A DNA stretch of 64,000 nt, from positions 6,588 through 70,587 of IMG/VR virus record IMGVR_UViG_3300028887_000114; one strand, 5' to 3'. Positions 9,057-17,835 of the stretch are shown in pieces. Under the pieces are notes generated by a model that was not told the DNA's origin, did no database searches, and saw only the letters and a program-made list of their open reading frames with translations. The position numbers and the translations under genes were made by a program. This DNA comes from a virus (taxonomy: Duplodnaviria; Caudoviricetes). Each line of letters opens with the position of its first letter. Within the stretch, counting starts at the first letter, position 1.

Positions 9057-11528
9057 ATGATTAAAAACGTAATTAAGCGAGATAATCGCAGACGAAAATT
9101 CAATATAGCAAAGGTAACTACAGCCATAGAAAATGCATTTAAGTCAATTAATGAGAAATATACAGAAGAGAGCATAGACCAGCTAGTTGATGAAGTAGTC
9201 GAGAAAATCTCCGCTAATGATGCCAAATCAGCAAGAGTTGAAGATATTCAGAATATTATTGAAAAGATATTAATGAATAGCGGATATGGAGCTGTAGCAA
9301 AGGCATTTATTTTATATAGAGATGAACGTAATCGTGCTCGTGAAACAAAATCAGAAATTGTAAAGACTATTAAGGAAATTACAGAATCTGATATTAAAAG
9401 TTCTAATATTTTAAGAGACAATGCTAATGAATCTGGTGCAACACCTGCTGGAACATACGGTAAGATTGCATCTGAAACAAACAAGATGTATAACCTATTG
9501 AATAATATCAATAGAAAGTATGCACAGGAACATAAGGACGGACATTTACATATCCATGACCTTAACCAGTATAACTTGACGTTCAACTGCTTATTTGCGC
9601 CAGTTGGAAAGTTATTGAAGAATGGTTTTGACTCTGGAACTGGTTTCTTACGTTCCCCGAAGTCAATCCAGACTGCAGCAGCATTGACAGCAGTTATCCT
9701 TCAGCTCCAGTCCAACCAGCAATATGGTGGTATCGCTGATGATAATCTCGATTTTGATTTGGCACCGTTTGTCGATATTTCATTTAGAAAGAATCTTAAG
9801 GAAGAATTAGAAAGATATATAGAATACAATCCAGATCATGAAGAAATGACCAATCTTGATGAAGTTGAAACAGCTTCTATGAACTGGCCTTCTGCACTTC
9901 TTTATACTAAGTTCCCTAAGATTTGTGTTATTAAGGCAATTCAGAAGACAGATGATGATACTCATCAGGCTATGGAAGGTCTTATTGGTAATTTGAATTC
10001 TTTGCAGTCTCGTTCTGGAAACCAGGTTCCATTTAGTTCTTTGAACTTTGGTCTTAATACTTCTAATTGTGGTCGTATGATTAGCAAGAATCTTATTAAG
10101 TCTCAGATGGAAGGTCTCGGCGACGGATTGACAGCAATTTTCCCAATTTTGATTTTCAAGTTGATGAAAGGTTACACAAAGAATCCAGAAGATCCTAACT
10201 ATGATTTGTATCTCGAATCTATCAAGTGTCTTGCTCGTAGATTCTATCCGAACTTTGTAAAGGTCGATAGTTCTTTCAATAAGCCATACATCAAGTATGA
10301 AACTAAGGAAGTTGAAATTTTTGAAAATGCTATTGGTGTTAAGGTTCGTGGTAAAGATGAAGCAACAATTATTCCAATGCAAGATCAGAAGTTTGATAAG
10401 TTTATTTATCAGTATGATGTAGGTCAAGGTGACTATTGGGAAATTGAAGAAATTTCTGGAAATAAGTTGAAGTTGAAGAAGCTTATTGAAAATACAACTA
10501 TTTCTACTATGGGTTGTAGAACAAGAGTTATTGGTAATATCAATGGTGCTGAACAGACAACTGGTAGAGGTAATTTTGCATTCCATACAATTAACCTTCC
10601 TAGACTTGCTATCGAAGCCCATATCGCAGCAAAGGATGAAGAAGAACGTAAGACTATTTTCTTCGAAAAGCTTGCTGAAATGCTTGAAGATGCAAAGGGA
10701 AGTTTGCTTGACAGATTTGCATTGATTTCTAATAAGACATACGAGAATTTCCCGTTCACTATGCAACAGGGTCTTTATCTCACATCTGACGACCAACCGC
10801 ATGAAGTTACTGATAAGATTGGTGAAGTTCTTAAGCAGGCTTCGTTGTCAATCGGTTACGTCGGTCTTGCTGAAACTATGTTACTCTTGACAGGTAAGAC
10901 TTATGGTGTCGATCATGAAATTGATGATTATGCTTTCTCTATTATTAAGACAATTCGTGATTTCGTTGATAAGACTCAGAAGGAAACACACTTGAACTGG
11001 TCTTGTTTCGCAACACCAGCTGAAGCAGTTGCAGGTCGTTTTGCTAACATCGATAAAAATCTTTTCCAGAACGAAAAGAAGCTTGCTGATGTAGATTTAC
11101 AGAGAGTATTTGGTAAGGGTTATTACACAAATAGCCATATGCTTGATTATTCTTTGGAAACTACTCTTGAAAACAAGATTAAGATGGAAGCACCATATCA
11201 CAAGATTACAAATGCTGGTCATATCTTCTATTATAAGTTGAATGGTGACTTGTCTAAGAATCTTGAAGCAGTCAAGGCAACTATTGATGCTATGTATGAT
11301 GGCGACTTAGGATATTTCACTTGCACATTTGACAGTGATACTTGTACTAAGTGCCATTTCCATGGAATTATCAATAATGAATGTCCATGTTGCGGTAATA
11401 AGAACGAAGACGAGATTATTCGTGTTAGAAGAATTACCGGATATTTGACTGGTTCTCCTAAGAAGACTATTTTCAAGTCTTGGAATGATGGAAAATTAGC
11501 AGAATTAAGAGACCGTCATAATATTTAA
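9057..11528 (+). CDS. nrdD: anaerobic (class III) ribonucleoside-triphosphate reductase with ATP cone
   Basis: N-terminal ATP cone (VIKRD...FNIAKV..AI); HIHDL; MGCRT; INLPRLA; CxxC...CxxC; glycyl-radical RVRRITGYL. Confidence 0.97.
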   Translation: MIKNVIKRDNRRRKFNIAKVTTAIENAFKSINEKYTEESIDQLVDEVVEKISANDAKSARVEDIQNIIEKILMNSGYGAVAKAFILYRDERNRARETKSEIVKTIKEITESDIKSSNILRDNANESGATPAGTYGKIASETNKMYNLLNNINRKYAQEHKDGHLHIHDLNQYNLTFNCLFAPVGKLLKNGFDSGTGFLRSPKSIQTAAALTAVILQLQSNQQYGGIADDNLDFDLAPFVDISFRKNLKEELERYIEYNPDHEEMTNLDEVETASMNWPSALLYTKFPKICVIKAIQKTDDDTHQAMEGLIGNLNSLQSRSGNQVPFSSLNFGLNTSNCGRMISKNLIKSQMEGLGDGLTAIFPILIFKLMKGYTKNPEDPNYDLYLESIKCLARRFYPNFVKVDSSFNKPYIKYETKEVEIFENAIGVKVRGKDEATIIPMQDQKFDKFIYQYDVGQGDYWEIEEISGNKLKLKKLIENTTISTMGCRTRVIGNINGAEQTTGRGNFAFHTINLPRLAIEAHIAAKDEEERKTIFFEKLAEMLEDAKGSLLDRFALISNKTYENFPFTMQQGLYLTSDDQPHEVTDKIGEVLKQASLSIGYVGLAETMLLLTGKTYGVDHEIDDYAFSIIKTIRDFVDKTQKETHLNWSCFATPAEAVAGRFANIDKNLFQNEKKLADVDLQRVFGKGYYTNSHMLDYSLETTLENKIKMEAPYHKITNAGHIFYYKLNGDLSKNLEAVKATIDAMYDGDLGYFTCTFDSDTCTKCHFHGIINNECPCCGNKNEDEIIRVRRITGYLTGSPKKTIFKSWNDGKLAELRDRHNI

Positions 11529-11545
11529 TAAAAAATAATTAGATA

Positions 11546-11579
11546 AAAATCATACGTGTCCAAAAACCGTATGATTTTT
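11546..11579 (+). terminator. intrinsic terminator
   Basis: AAAATCATACG-loop-CGTATGATTTTT after nrdD. Confidence 0.7.
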
Positions 11580-11603
11580 CTATCTTTATATAAAAGGAAT
11601 TAA

Positions 11604-11897
11604 ATGGTAGAAGTTTTGATGTTAATTTGTGGGTTTTGTGGAGCTGGTGCTTTTGCACTTTGTTCATTACCTCAAGTTATTAAATCTTATAAAAGTAAAT
11701 CGACTGGTGATATAAGTATTTTTTATATTATTTTGTCAATTATCGGTAATTTATGTAGTGCCGCTTATATTTTCTATACCAATTATATAAGTGGAATGTG
11801 GCAATATCCGCAATATGTAAATTATACTTTGGCAACAATACTTATATTTATTCTTCTTGGTTTAAAGTTAAAATATGATAAGGAAAATAAAGAATGA
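11604..11897 (+). CDS. PQ-loop / SemiSWEET-like 3-TM transporter
   Basis: 97 aa, three hydrophobic helices, 'SLPQVIKSYKSKSTGDIS' PQ-loop signature. Confidence 0.8.
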   Translation: MVEVLMLICGFCGAGAFALCSLPQVIKSYKSKSTGDISIFYIILSIIGNLCSAAYIFYTNYISGMWQYPQYVNYTLATILIFILLGLKLKYDKENKE

Positions 11898-12547
11898 ATG
11901 GTGTTTTAAATCTTGTTGGTATTCAGAAAAAAGATGATTTTTTGTATGGTTTACCAGTAGCAATGCGATATTACCGTGAAGAAAGAGGTAATTTAACTTA
12001 TGGTAATTTTAGACCATTTACTGGCTCTCTTAATTGGCAAACATTTGAAGACGTTAAGACATCTTTAGAAAAAGAAGTTTATTTTAGATGTAGAGAAGTT
12101 GCTAAAGTTTCAGAAATGAAAGAACCAAGAAAAGAAGAATGCGTACGGATTAGTGAACGTGCATCTATGCTTGTTGCTAAATTGATGAGTCTTTGTAATG
12201 ATATTGCGATTACTACAGCTGTAGGACAGGGTAATGTTATTATTTTAAATTCTAAATTTTATGATTTGTTATATAAGTTAACTTTTAGTTTTGCGGATGC
12301 TCCATTTATCAATGTTCTTAATGGTGATAATGGTAATTTAACTATTTGTGGAAGAGATACATTTAAATTAGACTTTGATGACAATTCTAATTATCCAGAA
12401 GCATTAATTGCATATCATAGTAATCAATCAACAATTAACGGAGTAATTCTTGGAGTTAATTCAGAAGATAATACATATGCAATTTGTTCTGATATTCAAG
12501 GAACAGAAAATTTTTATAGATTATTAAGGATAACTGATGAATTTTAG
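11894..12547 (+). CDS. truncated T4 gp23-like major capsid protein paralog
   Basis: 'LNLVGIQ...VAMRYY', 'LEKEVYFRCREVAKV', 'NDIAITTAVGQGNVIIL' and 'ENFYRLLRI' parallel gp23 segments. Confidence 0.55.
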   Translation: MNGVLNLVGIQKKDDFLYGLPVAMRYYREERGNLTYGNFRPFTGSLNWQTFEDVKTSLEKEVYFRCREVAKVSEMKEPRKEECVRISERASMLVAKLMSLCNDIAITTAVGQGNVIILNSKFYDLLYKLTFSFADAPFINVLNGDNGNLTICGRDTFKLDFDDNSNYPEALIAYHSNQSTINGVILGVNSEDNTYAICSDIQGTENFYRLLRITDEF

Positions 12548-13079
12548 TAAAATTGATCCGATGAGTATTGTCGACGGTGACGGATGTCGAGTAACACTTT
12601 TTGTTTCAGGTTGTAGAAATCATTGTAAAGGTTGTTTTAATCCAGAAACATGGAATTTCGATTTTGGTCAACCATTTACAGAAATTGAAGAAAATGAAAT
12701 TATCGAAGCATGTAGTAAGCCATATATTGCTGGTTTGACAATTCTTGGTGGAGAACCGATGGAACAAGAAAACCAAGCAGATGTTTATAAGCTTATTAAC
12801 CGTTTCAAGAGAGAATATCCAGGTAAAAATGTTTGGTTATTTACTGGTTATATCTATGAAAAAGATTTATTAGAAGGTCAAAGAAAAAATATACCTGGGT
12901 TAACTTCTTCTTTATTGGAAATGGTTGATATTCTTGTTGACGGACCATTTATTCTTGAACAAAAAGATTTAAATTTAAGATTTAGAGGAAGTACTAATCA
13001 AAGATTATTAACAAGAGAAGATAGAAAAAGGATATACGATGAATATACTAGACATGGTTGCGCGTCAAAAGAAAACTGA
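12537..13079 (+). CDS. nrdG: anaerobic RNR activating enzyme (radical SAM)
   Basis: 'SIVDGDGCRVTLFVSGCRNHCKGCFNPETW', 'GLTILGGEP', 'DGPF', 'FRGSTNQR'. Confidence 0.96.
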   Translation: MNFSKIDPMSIVDGDGCRVTLFVSGCRNHCKGCFNPETWNFDFGQPFTEIEENEIIEACSKPYIAGLTILGGEPMEQENQADVYKLINRFKREYPGKNVWLFTGYIYEKDLLEGQRKNIPGLTSSLLEMVDILVDGPFILEQKDLNLRFRGSTNQRLLTREDRKRIYDEYTRHGCASKEN

Positions 13080-13686
13080 AAAATCTGGAAATTATGCAGC
13101 AGTTTTAAGATATGTTCCACAATTCGGACTTACTAATAAAGAATCTGATAAGCTTGATTTAGCAATGGTTTTGGAACGTCAGCTTATTTTAGATGAAGAC
13201 TGGAAAGACGGAAGTAATGAAGAACAGAAAGAGTTAGATTTGATTCATGCATGTGTAAATATCGCAACAGTCGATGAATTACATGAAGATCCAAATCCTA
13301 CAACAGATAAGCAAGAACGTTGTGCAAAATTGTTGACACGTATAATATTAAATTCTAATAGTATTAGAACAGAAACAAGGCGTGGTGCTGGTAATTATGC
13401 TCTTGCTAATAATGCATTTATGAAGAAAATTGAAGAACTTGGTGGTTTTCCAAAATTCTTTGTAAATCAGTCTATAGATGGAACAGAATATTTAATTAAT
13501 GGATGTATTAAAATGAGCATCGCAACTTTTGACGAAGATACACCAACAATATTGATTGGATATTCTGGAAGTGCTAATCTTGATGGTGGTATCGCATTAT
13601 TAGAAGATGATGAAAATAACAGATATGCTATTGCAAATAGATTCTATAATACTGACAAATATTATCGTGTAATTAAGCTTAAGTAA
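13039..13686 (+). CDS. truncated T4 gp23-like major capsid protein paralog
   Basis: 'LLTRIILNSNSIRTETRRGAGNYALA' and 'ILIGYSGSANLDGGI' match gp23 'EIARQTGRGxGNFIIAS' and 'VGYKGxNEMDAGI'. Confidence 0.7.
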   Translation: MNILDMVARQKKTEKSGNYAAVLRYVPQFGLTNKESDKLDLAMVLERQLILDEDWKDGSNEEQKELDLIHACVNIATVDELHEDPNPTTDKQERCAKLLTRIILNSNSIRTETRRGAGNYALANNAFMKKIEELGGFPKFFVNQSIDGTEYLINGCIKMSIATFDEDTPTILIGYSGSANLDGGIALLEDDENNRYAIANRFYNTDKYYRVIKLK

Positions 13687-13689
13687 AAT

Positions 13690-13717
13690 AAAACCTGGAT
13701 TTAAGTCCAGGTTTTTT
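13690..13717. terminator. bidirectional terminator
   Basis: AAAACCTGGA-tttaag-TCCAGGTTTTTT between convergent genes. Confidence 0.85.
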
Positions 13718-13720
13718 ATT

Positions 13721-14143
13721 TTAAAAGTTATTTAAAAATGCATGCATTATCGCACCTTTTTGATAAATCGCATTACACTCTTCATAAACTGCTTTTTTAC
13801 TCTTTAATTTCTTAAAAGTGTCTTCAGTCATTGGATTTGGGTCTTCTGATTCCCAACCTAAATTCCAAGATTCCTGAAGGTCTTTTTTATTAGATTCGAA
13901 ATCTTTACAGTAACGTTCAATAACGATTTCGCCAATATCTTTACCAGTTGCATTTAATTCTTTTTCAGAAAGCATGGTATTGATAGTACCAATTTTTACA
14001 GTGTTTTGATAATAACCTCTACTCTGTGTAAAAGAAAGGAACTGATCTGCAGTTGAAAAATGCAGGTCAGCCTCATTTAACATAGGAGATTTTACGTTGT
14101 AATGATTTTCTTTTAAGATTTGTAAAGCTTCTTTTAAGTTCAT
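13721..14143 (-). CDS. late protein with shared N-terminal leader (putative internal head protein)
   Basis: Starts MNLKEALQILKENHYNVKSPMLNE. Confidence 0.7.
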   Translation of the reverse strand: MNLKEALQILKENHYNVKSPMLNEADLHFSTADQFLSFTQSRGYYQNTVKIGTINTMLSEKELNATGKDIGEIVIERYCKDFESNKKDLQESWNLGWESEDPNPMTEDTFKKLKSKKAVYEECNAIYQKGAIMHAFLNNF

Positions 14144-14161
14144 AGATGTATTCTTTAAATA

Positions 14162-14800
14162 TTAGAGTTCTTCGTTAATTCGATCAGCAGCGTCTTGTGG
14201 TGAAATAAGTCCTTGATTATAAAGCTCAGATGCAATTTGCTGTGCTCTTTGTAAATCATCATCATCAATCATACCGCCATCTTCTTGTGCAAGAGATAAT
14301 GCTTTTGCAATATAGTCTTGTTCTGCATTTGGGACAATTTCTTCAAGTTCTGCATCATCGACCATCGGTGCAAATTCTTCTTCATTGAAATAAAGTTCAA
14401 CCTTGTGTCCTGGTTTCTTCTTTTCTTCAACATAACCAAGTTCTTTAAGAACTTCAGACCATTGCGTATTTCTATATTTTCTAAGAGAAGACTTTACGAA
14501 TGCAATTTCTCTAGGAGTCAAAACTTGACCAGCTTGAACTTTCTTAGCTAATGGAGTAAGATATGCAGCGTCAGTCTGGTTAAATCCTCTAAAGTTACGT
14601 AAAACTGTTCTACCAGAACGTTTTTCAAAGTCTACTTGACGACCAAACATACCGACAAGAAGAATAATAACAAATTTATCATTTTCCAAATATTCTTTAA
14701 TTCTCTGGTTAAGCTGGTAATTTGACGTATAAACCTCTTCGTTCATAACCTTATAACCATGTGCTTGAACCACTTTAATAGCTTCTGCAATTTTCTTCAT
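14162..14800 (-). CDS. late protein with shared N-terminal leader (putative internal head protein)
   Basis: Starts MKKIAEAIKVVQAHGYKVMNE; late promoter at 14821-14828. Confidence 0.7.
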   Translation of the reverse strand: MKKIAEAIKVVQAHGYKVMNEEVYTSNYQLNQRIKEYLENDKFVIILLVGMFGRQVDFEKRSGRTVLRNFRGFNQTDAAYLTPLAKKVQAGQVLTPREIAFVKSSLRKYRNTQWSEVLKELGYVEEKKKPGHKVELYFNEEEFAPMVDDAELEEIVPNAEQDYIAKALSLAQEDGGMIDDDDLQRAQQIASELYNQGLISPQDAADRINEEL

Positions 14801-14820
14801 GATTTAAATCTCCTTACTAT

Positions 14821-14859
14821 TATTTATAGCAATCTGATTCTTTTTAACGATTATAAATA
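14821..14859. promoter_or_regulatory. divergent pair of T4-type late promoters
   Basis: TATTTATA at 14821-14828 (minus strand) and TATAAATA at 14852-14859 (plus strand) between divergent genes. Confidence 0.75.
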
Positions 14860-14881
14860 ATATTAGAAAGGAATTTAAGCT

Positions 14882-17824
14882 ATGATTGTAAAAAATGGTC
14901 AAATAATTGCAATAGGTAACGTAAATACTGGCGGCACATTATCTGGTAATGGCTTAGCAGAAAGCCCATTAGGATTGAGAGATGATGCGGTCAAACTTAC
15001 ACCTGCTTCATCAGGTATTGACATTAAAAAAATCGTCGCCGAAGATGGTAAAATAGAATATCAGCTTGGTGTCAGTGCAAATATTACGGTTGGAAGCACA
15101 AAAGTTGAAGGCGACAAAGGAATCAAATCAGAATTACAACCAGACGGTGTTACTTATATCGTTTCTGTTTCTGGTGATTATTTGACCTCTGCTGATAATT
15201 CATTGGCAGGTAAAGATTTAATATTACGTGATAATCAATGGGTAGAATTATCTGCAGCACCAGAAACCAAAGAATATAGCGGTGGCGAAGGAATTAAGGT
15301 TGAAAACCATATAATTTCTGTTTCTAGTGAATATTATCCATTAAATACAAATCCTAGCGGTTATTTAGTAAAATCTGACCTTAACGAGTATGCAAAATCT
15401 GCTTGGGTTGACCGAGAATTTCAGAAGAAAGGTAATTATATTACTTCTGCTGGTATTGCAGGAGAATATTTAGTTTTAAAAGATAATACTTGGGTATTGA
15501 TGCCAAATCCTGGTGCTGTTTATAGTGCTGGTCCTTTTATTAAGATTACTGATGATAATAAAATTTCTGGTTATGATTGGAATCCAATAATTGACCAAAA
15601 ATTATTTACAAGCTCTTTCAATACATATAATTCTGCATATAGTGCATATATTGAAAATCAATTCAGTAGTTTCTCTGCAACTGTTTCTTCTACATATATT
15701 CAAAGTGCAGATGTTCCAAAATATAGTGCTGGTAATTTTATTAAAGTAAAACCGGTTGGTGAAAATTTTGAAATTATTGGTCATGATTGGACTGACAAGA
15801 TTGCAGAAAAATTATACACTAGTTCTTTTGAATCTTATAGTGCAGCATATAGTGCATATATTGAAAATCAATTCAGTAGTTTCTCTTCTACAATTTCTTC
15901 CACATATATTCAGAGTGCAGATATTCCAGTTTATAGTGCAAGAAATGATTATATTAAGGTAATTACAGATGGAGATAATTATGGTCTTTCTGGTTACGAT
16001 TGGTCAGATGAAATTGCTAAGAAAATAGATGTTACTGCATCAGCAGGTTGGGATGTAACGTCATATAGTGCTGGCGATTTTATTAAGATTGTTGACCATA
16101 AGATTTCTGGTTATGATTGGACTGATGAAATTGCTAAGAAGCAAGATGAATTAACAGAATATCAGCTTTCTGCTATCAGTTCTGTTAGTGGAAAACAGGA
16201 CATGTTGAGTAATGAACAATTATCAGCAATCAGTTCTGTTAGTGCAATTCAAGCATTCTCTGGAAATTGGGTTACTTCTGCAACAGAAACAATTTCTGCT
16301 GAAAATCTTTCTTATGTTTTGAAAAAAGACGGTAATAGTTCTAAATGGGAAGGTGTTGATTTATCAGAAGTTGGTAAGACATATAAAGTTGAATCTGAAA
16401 CTCCAGAATTACTTAAAGTAACTTCTGGCGACGGTAATACTACATTTACTTTAAGTGCTAAACCATATCCAGAAGTACCAGAAATTCCAGGTATTAGTGG
16501 TTATGGAACTTCTGCTTGGTATGATGAACCAAATAACCAATATAAAGTTAGTGCAAATATTGTTGGTATAAATGGTATTTCTGCAGAATACGATTCTGTA
16601 AATAATCAATGGAATATTGGTGCATCAGCAAGTAATCTTGCTTATTTAAATACATCATTTGAAAAAACTAATGCTGAAACAGTTACATCTGGAACAGTTA
16701 TTAAATTTACTAATGGCGTTCATCATGATATTACAGTAGATAATGATGGTTATATTACAGTTCCAAATACAGTCGATAAAATGACAGTATGTATGAATGC
16801 TACTATTGATAATAATATACCAGATGGAAATCCACATAATTATATGTTGAATCAATTTGTTCTTTCAGCAGTTAATGGTAATGCACTTGTTACAACACAT
16901 GATTATTATCCATCTGAAGTTGGCGCAGCTGATTCTAATATTGCTGCTACAATTCAACATTATCCTGGAACTAAATATTGTGTAGTTTATCTTGGAAGTG
17001 ATGCACTTCAGCAATCTAATCTTAATGTTCATCTTACTATGATTGAAGAAGTTATTAGTATGTCTGATAATTCTGGATTAGGTATTGAATATGCAGGTAT
17101 TGCGCCAATTACAGTAAATAATCAAGTTCATAAAATCGGTTTAAATTATGATGAAGAATTATTTACATTAAATGAAAATAATCAATTATCACTTGCACAA
17201 AAATCGGGTGACGTTGTTGAACCAGTTGATGCAAAGCTTTTTAATAAGCTTCTTAATTCAGTTAATCAGAGAATTGTTGAAACAATACCTATTGGTATGG
17301 TAAGTTCTACGAAAGATCAGAGTATTGATAATTCTAAATCTTATTTATTTAGACCAATGATTGAATTTGATATGCTTAGCACAACTACAGCACGTATTCT
17401 TACAAGTAATTGCTCAGCTGGCACATCAAGTGTAATGGTCGCAGTTTATGAAGTAGATGAAAACACTGCATTACTTACACCAATGTGGTGGTCAGTAAAT
17501 ACTGTACTTACAAAAACTCAAGGACAACATGTCTTATCTTGTCATCCAGATTGTACTGAAACAAGAGCACTTAAACCAGAAAAATTATATTATGTTGAAA
17601 TAATAGTTCATGGTCAAACAACACATTTCCTTGGAATTGATAATGCATTTAGAACCGATATTGGTGCATTTGATATTGCGTATGGTAGACAAAATGTAAC
17701 AAGTTCTTATAGTAATTGGAATCCAGCAAAGTTCAATAATCAACCTGCAGGCAGTCTTGGTGATACTGCATTAGCAGATTTTAAACCATATGTTGGATTT
17801 AGAAACGATCCTGTAAATAATTAG
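14882..17824 (+). CDS. tail fibre protein with internal repeats, 980 aa
   Basis: Repeated 'YSAGxFIKI...ISGYDW' units, S/T/G-rich, late promoter. Confidence 0.7.
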   Translation: MIVKNGQIIAIGNVNTGGTLSGNGLAESPLGLRDDAVKLTPASSGIDIKKIVAEDGKIEYQLGVSANITVGSTKVEGDKGIKSELQPDGVTYIVSVSGDYLTSADNSLAGKDLILRDNQWVELSAAPETKEYSGGEGIKVENHIISVSSEYYPLNTNPSGYLVKSDLNEYAKSAWVDREFQKKGNYITSAGIAGEYLVLKDNTWVLMPNPGAVYSAGPFIKITDDNKISGYDWNPIIDQKLFTSSFNTYNSAYSAYIENQFSSFSATVSSTYIQSADVPKYSAGNFIKVKPVGENFEIIGHDWTDKIAEKLYTSSFESYSAAYSAYIENQFSSFSSTISSTYIQSADIPVYSARNDYIKVITDGDNYGLSGYDWSDEIAKKIDVTASAGWDVTSYSAGDFIKIVDHKISGYDWTDEIAKKQDELTEYQLSAISSVSGKQDMLSNEQLSAISSVSAIQAFSGNWVTSATETISAENLSYVLKKDGNSSKWEGVDLSEVGKTYKVESETPELLKVTSGDGNTTFTLSAKPYPEVPEIPGISGYGTSAWYDEPNNQYKVSANIVGINGISAEYDSVNNQWNIGASASNLAYLNTSFEKTNAETVTSGTVIKFTNGVHHDITVDNDGYITVPNTVDKMTVCMNATIDNNIPDGNPHNYMLNQFVLSAVNGNALVTTHDYYPSEVGAADSNIAATIQHYPGTKYCVVYLGSDALQQSNLNVHLTMIEEVISMSDNSGLGIEYAGIAPITVNNQVHKIGLNYDEELFTLNENNQLSLAQKSGDVVEPVDAKLFNKLLNSVNQRIVETIPIGMVSSTKDQSIDNSKSYLFRPMIEFDMLSTTTARILTSNCSAGTSSVMVAVYEVDENTALLTPMWWSVNTVLTKTQGQHVLSCHPDCTETRALKPEKLYYVEIIVHGQTTHFLGIDNAFRTDIGAFDIAYGRQNVTSSYSNWNPAKFNNQPAGSLGDTALADFKPYVGFRNDPVNN
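15635..15886 (+). repeat. 210-bp-period intragenic duplication
   Basis: Identical 42-mer GCATATAGTGCATATATTGAAAATCAATTCAGTAGTTTCTCT at 15635-15676 and 15845-15886. Confidence 0.9.
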
Positions 17825-17835
17825 GAGTTTAAATA

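Noticed and set aside
10281-10496. Intein or intron in nrdD
   Set aside because: No Cys/Ser start with His-Asn end, too short, and the reading frame is uninterrupted
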